From NCBI GenBank assembly GCA_965198005.1, contig CBDAOI010000002.1, forward strand, positions 512,001 to 576,000: a stretch of DNA of 64,000 nucleotides. The letters are read 5' to 3'. Positions 1 to 10,687 of the stretch are shown here, in pieces. The translations under genes and the position numbers were made by a program. Position 1 is the first letter of the stretch. Every line of letters starts with the position of its first letter. The DNA is from Spirochaetia bacterium (GTDB lineage Bacteria > Spirochaetota > Spirochaetia > SZUA-6 > Bin103). A model generated the notes under the pieces. The model had not been told where the DNA came from. It was given only the letters and a program-made list of their open reading frames with translations, and ran no database searches.

Positions 1-1162
1 TTTGCGTAATAGGGGACGTGCTGCAGCAGCCAGTGCTTGCCCTCGGGGATGAACGCGTGGTACTCCGGCCGGGGGTTGACCCACGGCGGCGTCCGCTGAA
101 ACAGGAGAATCCGGTCGCAGGTGTCGGCGATCTCGGGCACCGCCTGAAACGCGGAGGCACCAGTGCCGACCACCCCCACCCGCTTGCCGCGCAGGTCGAC
201 GGCGTGATTCCAGTGCCCGGTGTGGAACCAGTCGCCGCCGAAGCTGTCGATTCCCGGCAGGTTGGGCAGCTTGGGCCGGTTGAGCTGGCCGACGGCACTG
301 ATCACCGCGTTGGCGCGCAGGGTGTCCGTTTCGCCGGCGCCCGTTGCGTCGCAACGCCTGACCGCCACGTGCCAGATTCCGGCCGGCTCGTCGAACGTGA
401 GCCGCTCGACCTTGGTGTTGAACCGGATGCGGTCGCGAATGCCGAAGCGCGCGGCGCAGCTCCGGAAGTAGTCCAGCAGCACGTCCTGCGTCGAGAAGAA
501 CTGCGGCCAGTCGTGCGGGACGAACGAGTAGGAGTACGTGTGATTGGGCGTGTCCACCCGGCAACCGGGTAGCTGTTCTGCAGCCAGGTGCCGCCCACGT
601 CGGCGTTCTTCTCGATCACCGTGTACGAGATGCCCGCCTCGGCCAGCCGATGCGCCGCCAGGATCCCGGACATGCCGGCGCCCACCACCACCACGTGGAA
701 CGCCGCGCGGCGTGCGGCCGGGATCTGCTGCAGCTCGGGGACGGCATAGCCGTCGGTGCCGTCGAGGCCCAGCTCGCTGATCAGGAACTCCAGGTAGTCG
801 TCCGACACCGACCCCCCGACCAGGAAGCTCATCATCCCCCGGACCTGCTCGGGCGCGGGAGGAGGCGGCGGCGGCAGCTCCCCGTCGCGGTACGCCCGCA
901 GCACCTCGAGCGCACGGGCGCGCACCGTTGCCCGCTGCTCCGCGCTGAGGCCCATGTAGGGGTCGCGCCAGATCACGCGCGGCCGGATGTCGCCTTCGAG
1001 CAGCGCCAAGTCGCCGGTCAGGTGGGCGATGGCGACCATCAGGGAGGGCACGTCGGCGCGCTCCAGGGCGGCCGCGATGGTTGCGTCGTCGGCCGTGATC
1101 GGCGGCCAGCTCTCGAATGCGCGGCTGGGGTGGCCGGGGTGGCCGGGCCGGCCGGCCATCAT
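1..1162 (-). CDS. Baeyer-Villiger / flavin-containing monooxygenase (4-hydroxyacetophenone monooxygenase-like); 1-nt frameshift near 566; runs off the left edge
   Basis: N-part in ORF 302..1210 has GAGMSG and EKNADVGGTW..NSYP. Restoring one base gives GCRVDTPNHTYSYSF, the BVMO fingerprint FGGDWFHTGHW and a second Rossmann motif VVGTGASA. Confidence 0.85.
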
Positions 1163-1203
1163 GGTTGCCCCCTGCGCCGCGCCGTGATAGGGTGGCGGCC
1201 ACG

Positions 1204-1527
1204 ATGGCATTGTACGAGATACGGCGTTACCGGATCCTGCCCGGCAAGATGGACGAGTGGGTGCGCTACATGGAGGAGGTGATCATTCCGTTCCAGGTAG
1301 CGCGCGGCATGGTGATCGCCGGCAGCTTTCGCGGCGAGGCCGACGACACCACCTACGTCTGGCTGCGCCGGTTCGACTCGGAGGCGGAGCGCGCGCGGCT
1401 GTACGCCGCGGTCTACGACGACCCGGAGTGGACCGGCGTGATCGCTCCCCGCGTCGGCGAGTTGCTCGACCCGTCCGCCATCGAGGTGACGCGCGTCACC
1501 CCGACCCCCCGCTCCGTGCTCCGCTAG
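1204..1527 (+). CDS. NIPSNAP family protein
   Basis: MALYEIRRYRILPGKMDEW...YVWLRRFDSEAER...DPEW is the typical NIPSNAP pattern; ATG at 1204. Confidence 0.85.
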   Translation: MALYEIRRYRILPGKMDEWVRYMEEVIIPFQVARGMVIAGSFRGEADDTTYVWLRRFDSEAERARLYAAVYDDPEWTGVIAPRVGELLDPSAIEVTRVTPTPRSVLR

Positions 1528-1577
1528 TAGCACGCAAACCCCCCGCAAAACACCCCCATACGCCGCGTTCACCCGGC

Positions 1578-2474
1578 TCAGCCGCCGGTCAGGATGCCGC
1601 GCGTGTGCAGCGCCATCGAGATGCGCTCGCTGCGCGTTCCGTCGGCGGCGTGGTAGAAGCGCAGCGCTCCCTCGAACCGGTCGGGTTCCTCGACCAGGTC
1701 GATCTCCACCTCCGCCACGTCGCCCGGCATGAACGGCCGCCGGAAGCAGATCGTCATCGCCCGGAAACGGAGCCGGCCGGCGTCGCCGCCGGCGCGATGC
1801 CAAGCCAGCGCCAGACAGTCCTGTGCCTGTTGCGGATAGACGTGCATGTTGGTGTGGCGGTTGTAGTCGGAACGGTCCATATGATACACGAGCGGCAGCG
1901 CGTGGTGCGTGAGGGTGCCATGTGCGTGCGCGGGAGCCCGGCAGCGATACGACTCGATCGGCCGACTGCCCAGGTCCTGCTCGGTCAGCGGATGCTCGGC
2001 CAGGAAGGCAAGTCCGGCCGGCACCTCGGTCGGCCGGCGCCGCTCGGGCGGGGCGAACGGGCGGGTCAGGGCCATCCAGATCTCGGACCGCCCCAGTACG
2101 TCCCGCTCGCCCGCGGCGCGGCGGAGCACGGCGCAGTTCATCACCAAGTGGGCGCGCACCAGTTGCCCGGCCGGCTTGCGCAGCGTCACCAGGCGGATGC
2201 GGTACTCCTGGCGCAACGGGGTACCCAGTTCGATACGCTGGCCGCAGGACTCCAGCCACATCAGGTGCGGGATGGGCGTGATGCCGTCGCCGTGCCCCGG
2301 ATGGTAGGTCCAGTGGGGCCTGAGGACTTGGCGCAGGCCGGGCCCGATGGTCTCGCCGAGGCGGGCGGTCACCAGCTCGTTGGCCATGTTGAGCAGGTGC
2401 CACTCGACGATGCTCTCGGTGGTCCCGGCGATGTGGTCGAGCGGCCGGTCAGATCCCGAGGATTTCTCGCGCAT
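1578..2474 (-). CDS. Double hotdog-fold acyl-thioesterase-like protein
   Basis: C-terminal [14 protein letters not shown]...FRRPFMPGD resembles the acyl-ACP thioesterase DxNxHxN motif; overlaps the end of the BKACE gene. Confidence 0.55.
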   Translation of the reverse strand: MREKSSGSDRPLDHIAGTTESIVEWHLLNMANELVTARLGETIGPGLRQVLRPHWTYHPGHGDGITPIPHLMWLESCGQRIELGTPLRQEYRIRLVTLRKPAGQLVRAHLVMNCAVLRRAAGERDVLGRSEIWMALTRPFAPPERRRPTEVPAGLAFLAEHPLTEQDLGSRPIESYRCRAPAHAHGTLTHHALPLVYHMDRSDYNRHTNMHVYPQQAQDCLALAWHRAGGDAGRLRFRAMTICFRRPFMPGDVAEVEIDLVEEPDRFEGALRFYHAADGTRSERISMALHTRGILTGG

Positions 2475-3270
2475 CGGCCGGCGTGGCAACCTCGTGCTGG
2501 AGATTCCCGATCAGCGTAGCGGCCAGGTCCACCATCTGGGCGTTGCTCTTCAGCAGCTCGCCGCGCCGCAGGTAGAGGTTGTCTTCGAAGCCCACGCGCG
2601 CGTGACCGCCCAGCAGGATCGCCATGGTGATCATCGGCAACTGCGTCCGGCCCACGCCCAGCACCGACCACGGCACGTCCGGCGGCAGCAGGCTGTGCAT
2701 GAACACCAGGTTGGCCGGCGTCGCCTCGATGCCCCAGCCGGCGCCCATGCACAGTTGGAAGAACGGCGGCGGCTCGAACAGGCCCTCCTGGAGCAGCGCC
2801 AGCGCCTGGCGCGTATGCCCGGCGTCGAACACCTCGATCTCCGGCTTCACCCCGGCCTCGCGCATGCGCCGGGCCGCGGCCCGTCCCCAGTCCGGCGGGT
2901 TGAGGAAGACGCCGGTCCCGAAGTTCATCGACCCGACGTCCAGCGAGCAGAGGTCCGGCTTGAGCCCCACCGGCTCCAGCCGCTCCTCGATGACGTCGTC
3001 GCCGGGAATGTTCAGGCCGCTGGTCGTCAGGTTGATCAGGATGTCCGACGCCTGCCGAATGCGGTCGACCACCTCCGCGAACAACTCGATCCGCGACACC
3101 GGCCGGCCCGTGTCCGGCTCGCGCACGTGCACGTGCACGATCGCCGCCCCCGCCTTGCCGCTCTCGATCGCCGCTTCCGCAATCTCCTTGGGGGAGTAGG
3201 GCACGGCGGGGTTCATTTCCTTGGTCGGGCGTGACCCAACCACCGCTACCGATATGATCGTCTTGGCCAT
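2449..3270 (-). CDS. 3-keto-5-aminohexanoate cleavage enzyme family (BKACE/DUF849)
   Basis: [23 protein letters not shown] (Zn ligands), [26 protein letters not shown] before ATG 3270. Confidence 0.9.
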   Translation of the reverse strand: MAKTIISVAVVGSRPTKEMNPAVPYSPKEIAEAAIESGKAGAAIVHVHVREPDTGRPVSRIELFAEVVDRIRQASDILINLTTSGLNIPGDDVIEERLEPVGLKPDLCSLDVGSMNFGTGVFLNPPDWGRAAARRMREAGVKPEIEVFDAGHTRQALALLQEGLFEPPPFFQLCMGAGWGIEATPANLVFMHSLLPPDVPWSVLGVGRTQLPMITMAILLGGHARVGFEDNLYLRRGELLKSNAQMVDLAATLIGNLQHEVATPADAREILGI

Positions 3271-3366
3271 GGATCTCCGCAGTGTAACACTTGGGAGCAC
3301 TCCGTGACACCGCTAAACGGTCGAATCGCTGCGCCGCGCTACTGGGCCGGAGGGCCAGCCTGCCTG

Positions 3367-3396
3367 TTGACGGAGGTCGGGCGCGGGGCATACACT
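3367..3396 (+). promoter_or_regulatory. sigma70-type promoter of the riboswitch/rib operon
   Basis: TTGACG (3367-3372), 18-nt spacer, TACACT (3391-3396), about 10 nt before the aptamer. Confidence 0.65.
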
Positions 3397-3405
3397 GAAG
3401 GGTGA

Positions 3406-3549
3406 GAACTTCGGGGCATGGTGTAATTCCAGACCGGTGGTGTCGGGGCGAGGCCCCCCAGCCCACTACTCCCGCGCGGCCGCGCGTCGCCCGGGACTGA
3501 ACCGGTGAGATTCCGGTGCCGACGGTGACAGTCCGGATGGGAGAAGTTC
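3406..3549 (+). ncRNA. FMN riboswitch (RFN element)
   Basis: CTTCGGGGCATGGTGTAATTCCAGACCGGTGG...AGCCCAC...CCGGTGAGATTCCGGTGCCGACGGTGACAGTCCGGATGGGAGAAG; P1 GAACTTC/GAAGTTC; two T-loop hairpins; directly upstream of ribD. Confidence 0.95.
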
Positions 3550-3699
3550 GCTCGATTCTTGACGCGTCTTGACGTGTGCCCTCGTGGTACGGCGCATTCC
3601 GTCGTGTGCTGCGCCTACCGGCGCGGGCCATGGCCGGTTCGTGCCGGCGGCGTGCCGTCTCCCTTCCTCACTACCCCCGACGGTTCTCGGAGTACGGCT

Positions 3700-4920
3700 G
3701 TGACGCGCAACGACCAGCACAACGACCACGCCGATCGCCGCCACCTGCAGCGCGCGCTGGATCTCGCCCGGGGCGGGCGCGGGCGTACCTCGCCCAATCC
3801 GCTCACCGGGTGCGTGGTGGTGAAGCACGGCCGCGTGATCGGGGAGGGCTTCCACCGGCAGCACGGCGCGCCCCACGCGGAAGCCGCCGCCCTCGACGCG
3901 TGCGCCGAAGATCCGCGCGGAGCGCACCTGTACTGCAACCTCGAGCCCTGCGCGCGGGTCTACCCGGGCAAGCTCACGCCGCCCTGCGCCGGCCGCGTGA
4001 TCCGCGCCGGCATCGGCCGCGTCACCATCGCCACGCTCGATCCGGCACCCCAGGTGAACGGAGCCGGCGTCCGCACGCTGCGCGCCGCCGGTATCGAGGT
4101 GGCGGTGGGTGAGCTGGCCGAGCCCGCGCTGCGGCTCAATCTGCCCTTCTTTACCGCGGTCCTCCAGCACCGGCCGTTCGTGCACCTCAAGGCGGCCCAG
4201 TCGCTGGACGGGCGCATCGCCACCGCCGGCGGCAACTCGCGGTGGATCACGGACGAGGCGGCGCGGGCCGTGGCGCACGAGTTGCGGGCCGCGCACGATG
4301 CCGTTCTGGTGGGGCGGGGCACGGCGCTCACCGACAATCCGCGGCTCACCGTGCGCCTGGGGGGCGGCTCGCCGGCCGTGCCGGGGCCCTGGCGAGTGGT
4401 GCTCGATCCGCGGCTGGAACTGCCGCCGTCCGCCCATCTGGTCAGCGACCGGCTGGCCGCGCGCACGCTGGTTCTGGCCGCCGCCGGCGACGGCCCCGGG
4501 GCGGAACCGTTCGCCGCCCGCCGGCAGGCGCTCGAAGCGCATGGCGCGCGGGTGGTGCCGGTGGCCGCGCACGCCGGCGGCCGGCTCGTGCTGCCGGCAA
4601 TCCTCGGCGCGCTGTACGACCGGGGCATCCGCTCGATCCTGGTCGAAGGCGGCGGTACGGTGTACACCTCGTTTCTGCAGGCGGGGCTGTTCGACCAACT
4701 GACCCTGTTCGTGGCGCCGCTGTTGCTCGGCCGGGGGGTGGAGCTGGTGGGCGACCTGACGACCCGCCGGGTGGCGGACGCGGTACGGCTGCAGGGGGTT
4801 ACCACCCGCATCATCAACGACCAGGTAATGATCAGCGGCTACCGCGACCTCGACCGGATGCGGCGCCTGGTGGTCCCCGCCGCGGAGCGGGAGGAGGCGG
4901 CGCCCGCGCGCGCCGGTTAG
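3700..4920 (+). CDS. ribD: Riboflavin biosynthesis deaminase/reductase RibD
   Basis: TSPNPLTGCVVV, HAE, LEPC...TPPC, KAAQSLDGRIAT, SRWIT, LVEGG; GTG 3700 with GGAG RBS. Confidence 0.95.
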   Translation: MTRNDQHNDHADRRHLQRALDLARGGRGRTSPNPLTGCVVVKHGRVIGEGFHRQHGAPHAEAAALDACAEDPRGAHLYCNLEPCARVYPGKLTPPCAGRVIRAGIGRVTIATLDPAPQVNGAGVRTLRAAGIEVAVGELAEPALRLNLPFFTAVLQHRPFVHLKAAQSLDGRIATAGGNSRWITDEAARAVAHELRAAHDAVLVGRGTALTDNPRLTVRLGGGSPAVPGPWRVVLDPRLELPPSAHLVSDRLAARTLVLAAAGDGPGAEPFAARRQALEAHGARVVPVAAHAGGRLVLPAILGALYDRGIRSILVEGGGTVYTSFLQAGLFDQLTLFVAPLLLGRGVELVGDLTTRRVADAVRLQGVTTRIINDQVMISGYRDLDRMRRLVVPAAEREEAAPARAG

Positions 4921-4926
4921 CCGCTG

Positions 4927-6174
4927 GTGTTTTCCGGGATCATCGAGGAAGTCGGCGTCGTGCGGGCGCGCACCGATCGGGGCGAAGGCGTGCGGCTGGC
5001 GATCGGCTGCAGCACGGTGCTGGGCGATCTCACGGCCGGCGCCTCACTCGCCGTGGACGGCGTATGCCAGACCGTGGTGACGTGCGGTCCCGACGGCGTG
5101 GAGGTGGACGCGGTCGGCGCCACGCTGCGCAAGACCACGCTGGGCGCGCTGCGGGTCGGCGACCGGGTCAACCTGGAGCGGGCGCTGGCGGTCGGCGACC
5201 GGCTGAACGGCCACTTCGTGCAGGGCCACGTCAACGGCACCGGCACGGTGCGCGCCTGGGAGCGGAGCCCGGCCGGCGGCTGGCGGCTGGAGTTGGACCT
5301 GCCGCCGCACCTGTGCCGGTACGTGGTCCGGGAGGGCTCGCTCGCGGTCAACGGCGTCAGTCTGACCGTGGCGGACTTGGAGCAGGACCGCGCCGGCTTT
5401 ACCATCATTCCCCATACCGCCGCCCATACGGCGCTGCGCGACCGCGCACCCGGGGCGGCAGTCAATCTGGAGGTGGACATGATCGCGAAATACCTTGAAC
5501 GGCTGCAGGCCCCGGTGAACGGGTCACCTGCGCGCCCCGCCCCGCGCGGCCTGCGGGCCGCCGTCGCCAGACTGGCGGCAGGCGGCATGATCATCGTGAC
5601 CGACCACGCCTCGCGCGAGGATGAAGGCGACCTGGTGATCGCCGCCGAGCACGTCTCGGCGGCCGCGGTCAACTTCATGGTCACGCACGGCCGCGGCCTG
5701 GTGTGCGTGCCGCTCACCGCCGAGCGCGCCGCCGCACTGGACTTGGCGCCGATGACCCCGGTCAACAGCGCGTTGCACCACACCGCGTTCACGGTGTCCG
5801 TCGACTACCGGCACGGCACCACAACCGGCACCTCGGCCGGCGACCGCGCCGCCACGATCGCGGCGCTGGCCGACCCCGCCGCCACGGACGACGACTTCGC
5901 GCGGCCGGGCCATGTCTTCCCGATCGTGGCCGACCCGGGCGGGGTGCAGGCGCGCGCCGGCCATACCGAGGCCGCCCTGGAGCTGGCCCGGCTGGCGGGA
6001 CGCCGCCCGGTGGCGGTGATCTGCGAGATCATGGCGGCCGACGGCAGCATGGCGCGGGGCGCGGAACTCCAGGCACTGGCGGACCGTTTCGACCTGCCGG
6101 TGGTGAGCGTGGACGAGGTGGCGGCGCATGACCGCGCCGGCGGCAGCGGAGGTGAGACCACGTGCGACAGATAG
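4927..6174 (+). CDS. ribE/ribB: Fusion: riboflavin synthase (alpha chain) + 3,4-dihydroxy-2-butanone-4-phosphate synthase (RibB)
   Basis: N-half MFSGIIEEVG...VNLERAL...GHFVQGHV...VNLEVDMIAKY; C-half REDEGDL, GLVCVPL, FTVSVD, DFARPGHVFP, RAGHTEA, ICEIM. Confidence 0.9.
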   Translation: MFSGIIEEVGVVRARTDRGEGVRLAIGCSTVLGDLTAGASLAVDGVCQTVVTCGPDGVEVDAVGATLRKTTLGALRVGDRVNLERALAVGDRLNGHFVQGHVNGTGTVRAWERSPAGGWRLELDLPPHLCRYVVREGSLAVNGVSLTVADLEQDRAGFTIIPHTAAHTALRDRAPGAAVNLEVDMIAKYLERLQAPVNGSPARPAPRGLRAAVARLAAGGMIIVTDHASREDEGDLVIAAEHVSAAAVNFMVTHGRGLVCVPLTAERAAALDLAPMTPVNSALHHTAFTVSVDYRHGTTTGTSAGDRAATIAALADPAATDDDFARPGHVFPIVADPGGVQARAGHTEAALELARLAGRRPVAVICEIMAADGSMARGAELQALADRFDLPVVSVDEVAAHDRAGGSGGETTCDR

Positions 6175-6647
6175 AGGGCACGTACGAGGGCCGCGGCCGC
6201 CGGTTTGCGCTGGTGGCCGCCCGGTTCAATGAGCTGATCACGACGCGGCTGGTGGACGGCGCGGTCGATTGCCTGCGCCGCCACGGCGTCGATCCCGCGG
6301 ACATCACCGTGGTGTGGGTGCCGGGTGCGTTCGAAATACCGCTGGCGGCGCGGCGCGCGGCGGAGCGGCTGGCGTGCGACGCCGTGGTGTGCCTGGGCGC
6401 CGTGATCAAGGGCGGCACCGATCACCACGAGTACGTGGCCGGCTGTGCGGCGCACGGTGTCGCCCGCGAATCGGCCGCGGCCGGTGTGCCGATGACCTTC
6501 GGAATCATCACCGCGGATACCATCGAGCAGGCGCTGGAACGGGCCGGCGCCAAACAGGGCAACCTGGGCTGGAACGCCGCGCTCGCGGCCCTGGAAACGA
6601 GCAACGTGCTGAGCTGCATCGACCACCTGGAGCGCCCCGGCCAGTAG
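6162..6647 (+). CDS. ribH: 6,7-dimethyl-8-ribityllumazine synthase
   Basis: ARFNELIT, WVPGAFEIP, LGAVIKGGTDH, FGIITADTIEQALERAG. Confidence 0.95.
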   Translation: MRQIEGTYEGRGRRFALVAARFNELITTRLVDGAVDCLRRHGVDPADITVVWVPGAFEIPLAARRAAERLACDAVVCLGAVIKGGTDHHEYVAGCAAHGVARESAAAGVPMTFGIITADTIEQALERAGAKQGNLGWNAALAALETSNVLSCIDHLERPGQ

Positions 6648-6666
6648 CGGCCGGACTGCCCTGCCG

Positions 6667-7476
6667 GTGCGCCCGGGTCGCCGGGGTCGCCGGATTCGCC
6701 GGGTTCGGCCGGTTGACAGCGCCGCCCCGGCGCATGATCCTGCCACGGGAGCAGGAACCATCAGGGATACCTCCGCGTCCGCGCACAGCAGCACCGTCGA
6801 GAACTACGTCAAGCAGATCTACCTGGAATCCCAGAACGAGTCCGGCCCCTGGGTTCCGATGAAACGCCTCGCCGACGGCGTCGGGGTGTCGCCCGGCACC
6901 GCGACCTCGATGGCCAAGACCCTGGCGCGTTCCGGCCTGATCGAGTACGAACCGCGCGGCGGCAGCCGGCTCACCACCGAGGGCGAGCGGTTGGCGCTCA
7001 GCGTGCTGCGCCGGCACCGGCTGGTGGAGTTGCTGCTGGTGCAGGTGCTCAAGCTCGACTGGTCCGAGGTGCACAGCGAGGCGGAGCTGCTGGAGCACGC
7101 GATCAGCGACAAGGTGCTGGAGAAGATCGACGAGCTGATGGGACGGCCGCGCGTCGACCCCCACGGCGATCCGATTCCGACCCACGGCGGCGAGATCGAC
7201 CAGACCCGGTTCGAGCCCCTGTCGCAGTGCGCCGCGGGTGACCGCCTGCGAATCGCCCGGGTGATCGATCAGGATCCCCGCTTCCTGCAGTTCGCCGAAC
7301 GCCACGGGTTGCTGCCGGGCGCGCACCTGGTAGTGGAGCGCCACGACCGGCAGGCCGATTCGGTGACCCTGACCGTGGAGGGACGCGGCGCCACGACCTT
7401 GGGAACGAGCGCGGCGGCCAAGCTGCTGGTGGCGAACGCAGCCTCGGCCGACGGCCACGGACGGGCTTCCCGGTGA
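6667..7476 (+). CDS. DtxR/MntR family metal-dependent repressor with C-terminal FeoA domain
   Basis: ENYVKQIY, LRRHRLVE, VHSEAELLEHAIS, PRVDPHGDPIP. Start uncertain: an in-frame ATC at 6760 follows an RBS-like GGAGCAGGA. Confidence 0.88.
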   Translation: MRPGRRGRRIRRVRPVDSAAPAHDPATGAGTIRDTSASAHSSTVENYVKQIYLESQNESGPWVPMKRLADGVGVSPGTATSMAKTLARSGLIEYEPRGGSRLTTEGERLALSVLRRHRLVELLLVQVLKLDWSEVHSEAELLEHAISDKVLEKIDELMGRPRVDPHGDPIPTHGGEIDQTRFEPLSQCAAGDRLRIARVIDQDPRFLQFAERHGLLPGAHLVVERHDRQADSVTLTVEGRGATTLGTSAAAKLLVANAASADGHGRASR

Positions 7477-7477
7477 T

Positions 7478-8218
7478 TCAGCACCGCAACACCGCGCGTG
7501 CGTCTTCGATCTCGTCAATGATACGTTGCGCCGCGTCGCGTGGCTCACGCGCTCGCAGAACCGGTCGACCGACTACGAGGTAGTCGGCACCCTGCCTGAT
7601 GGCGTCGCCGGGCGTAGTCCAGCGTGCGTGATCGTCGTGCGTGGTGCACTCCGGGCGGATCCCCGGGCTGACGAGCGTGACGTTCGGGTAGGCGCGCCGG
7701 CACGCCCCGATTGCCGTTCCGGACACGATCAGTCCGTCGCAGCCGGCGGCGAGCATCGTCTGTCCCCGTTCGACGATGTAGGCGTCCACGTCGTCGACCG
7801 AGGATTCGGTCGCCGTCGCTGCCAAGCTCGACAAGAGCGGCACCATGAGAAACTTCGGAAACGGCGATCCGTTGCGCGCGTCCCGGCCGGCGGCCAACGT
7901 GTGCCTGGTGATGGCGGATTCCGCAGCTTCGGCGAAAGTGATGAACCGGATCCCCAGCGTGTCCGCATGGTGCACAAAGTTGGCGACGGTGTTGCCGATG
8001 TCGCCAGCGATCTTGAGATCGATGAAGATCTTTCCCTGATCGCCCCGCGCGGCCTTCAGGCGCCTCAGCAGCCCGTACAGATCGCCCGCGAGGAACAGAT
8101 ACAGGCCGATCTTGAAGAAGGATACGTTCTCAAGCTTGTCGACCAGGGCAATCGCTTCATCGTGGGTTGGGACATCAAGTGCAACGATGATACGGTCTTG
8201 GCTCGCTACGTCATCCAT
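7478..8218 (-). CDS. pyrF: Orotidine-5'-phosphate decarboxylase (divergent)
   Basis: IIVALD, FFKIG, FIDLKIAGDIGNT, VSPGIRP, GADYLVVGRP. Confidence 0.8.
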   Translation of the reverse strand: MDDVASQDRIIVALDVPTHDEAIALVDKLENVSFFKIGLYLFLAGDLYGLLRRLKAARGDQGKIFIDLKIAGDIGNTVANFVHHADTLGIRFITFAEAAESAITRHTLAAGRDARNGSPFPKFLMVPLLSSLAATATESSVDDVDAYIVERGQTMLAAGCDGLIVSGTAIGACRRAYPNVTLVSPGIRPECTTHDDHARWTTPGDAIRQGADYLVVGRPVLRAREPRDAAQRIIDEIEDARAVLRC

Positions 8219-8304
8219 TGCAGCCCCATGTTGCCACTTCCCACCATGTTTGAGCAAATGCTTCGGCTCTTGCGATGAGCGCGACGATAGCCCGCCGCCG
8301 CCGG

Positions 8305-9618
<1,314 letters not shown>

Positions 9619-9703
9619 CAGCGCGCGTCAGGGTACCCCGGCCGCCACCGGCGCGGCCAGCCGGCGGGGACATACGGCCATGCGGCCTGCGGCCGTACAC
9701 TGC

Positions 9704-9749
9704 TTGACTCGCCTCATTCGCACTGATACAAGTACTAAAAGAGGTATCA
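9704..9749 (+). promoter_or_regulatory. TA operon promoter/operator
   Basis: TTGACT at 9704-9709; inverted repeat TGATAC (9724-9729)/GTATCA (9744-9749) flanking palindromic AGTACT; AT-rich patch. Confidence 0.55.
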
Positions 9750-9751
9750 TA

Positions 9752-10009
9752 ATGAGTGCCATCTCCGCGGCCGACCTCAAGCGACGGGGAGTCGCCGCAC
9801 TGGAACCGACCGTTGCGGAAGACGGCTCAGCGCTCATCACCGTCCGAGGCAAGGGCCGCTACGTGGTCCTGACGCTCGAGAAGTACAACGAGTTGCGCGA
9901 GGCGGAGCTGGAGCAGGCCGTAAGGGAAGCCCGGGCGGACTACCGGGCTGGACGGATCGTCGACCGCACGATCGACGGGCACCTGCGGCGGCTGGACGAT
10001 GAAGCATGA
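9752..10009 (+). CDS. Phd/YefM family antitoxin
   Basis: MSAISAADLKRRG...LITVRGKGRYVVL; 85 aa; GAGG RBS; overlaps the toxin gene. Confidence 0.85.
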   Translation: MSAISAADLKRRGVAALEPTVAEDGSALITVRGKGRYVVLTLEKYNELREAELEQAVREARADYRAGRIVDRTIDGHLRRLDDEA

Positions 10010-10280
10010 GCTGGTCTTTACGCGGAGCTACACTCGCCGTGCCGCGCGCTTCATGCGCAAGCATCCCGAACTGCGGGGTCAGTACCGGAAAACGCTGCAA
10101 CTGCTCGAGCTGAACCCGTTTCATCCCTCGTTACGGCTGCACCGGCTCAGCGGCTCGCTGGCCGAGCTGCACTCGGTCGCGATCAATCTTTCCTACCGGA
10201 TCACCCTCGAGTTCCTGGTATCCGGGAACACGATCATGCCCGTGGACGTCGGCTCGCATGACGCCGCGTATCGAGCGTGA
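9999..10280 (+). CDS. RelE/YafQ-superfamily toxin
   Basis: LVFTRSY...NPFHPSLRLHRLSG...SVAINLSYRI...DVGSHD; 93 aa. Confidence 0.85.
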   Translation: MKHELVFTRSYTRRAARFMRKHPELRGQYRKTLQLLELNPFHPSLRLHRLSGSLAELHSVAINLSYRITLEFLVSGNTIMPVDVGSHDAAYRA

Positions 10281-10315
10281 CGGCGCCGGCGGCGGGCGTG
10301 GTACACTCCGCAGTC

Positions 10316-10687
10316 GTGGCGGATGGCCCGGAGTTCCAACGCCTGTTCACGGTGGACGAAGCGGAGCGTACGTTGCCGCTGGTGCGCGCGATCGTGCGCG
10401 ACATTCTGGCGCTGGGCGCCGAGGCGCACGTGATCCTGGCGGACCGCGGCCGGACGGCGCGGATCGAGGAGCTGGAAGAGCAGCTCCGGGAGCTGCTGGC
10501 GGAGCTGGAAGCGATGGGCTGCTTCTACAAGGACTGGAACTTCCGGATCGGGCTGGTCGACTTTCCCGCGCTGGTGGACGGAGAGGTGGTGTTCCTCTGC
10601 TGGCGCAGCGACGAGCCCAAGCTGGGATACTACCACCGGATCGAAGACGGCTATGACGGACGGCGGCCGCTCGCCGGCGGCGGCTGA
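10316..10687 (+). CDS. DUF2203 family protein
   Basis: FTVDEA...KD...GLVDFP...LCWR..E...YH...GY.GRRPL; GTG 10316 lies 8 nt after TGnTACACT (ORF track start 10277). Confidence 0.8.
   Translation: MADGPEFQRLFTVDEAERTLPLVRAIVRDILALGAEAHVILADRGRTARIEELEEQLRELLAELEAMGCFYKDWNFRIGLVDFPALVDGEVVFLCWRSDEPKLGYYHRIEDGYDGRRPLAGGG

Noticed and set aside
6672-6712. Degenerate 9-bp repeats (CCGGGTCG-like) after ribH
   Set aside because: Short, imperfect and low-complexity; no function can be supported.
9619-9700. His leader or attenuator upstream of hisD
   Set aside because: A hairpin (TACGGCC/GGCCGTA) exists, but there is no His-codon run.
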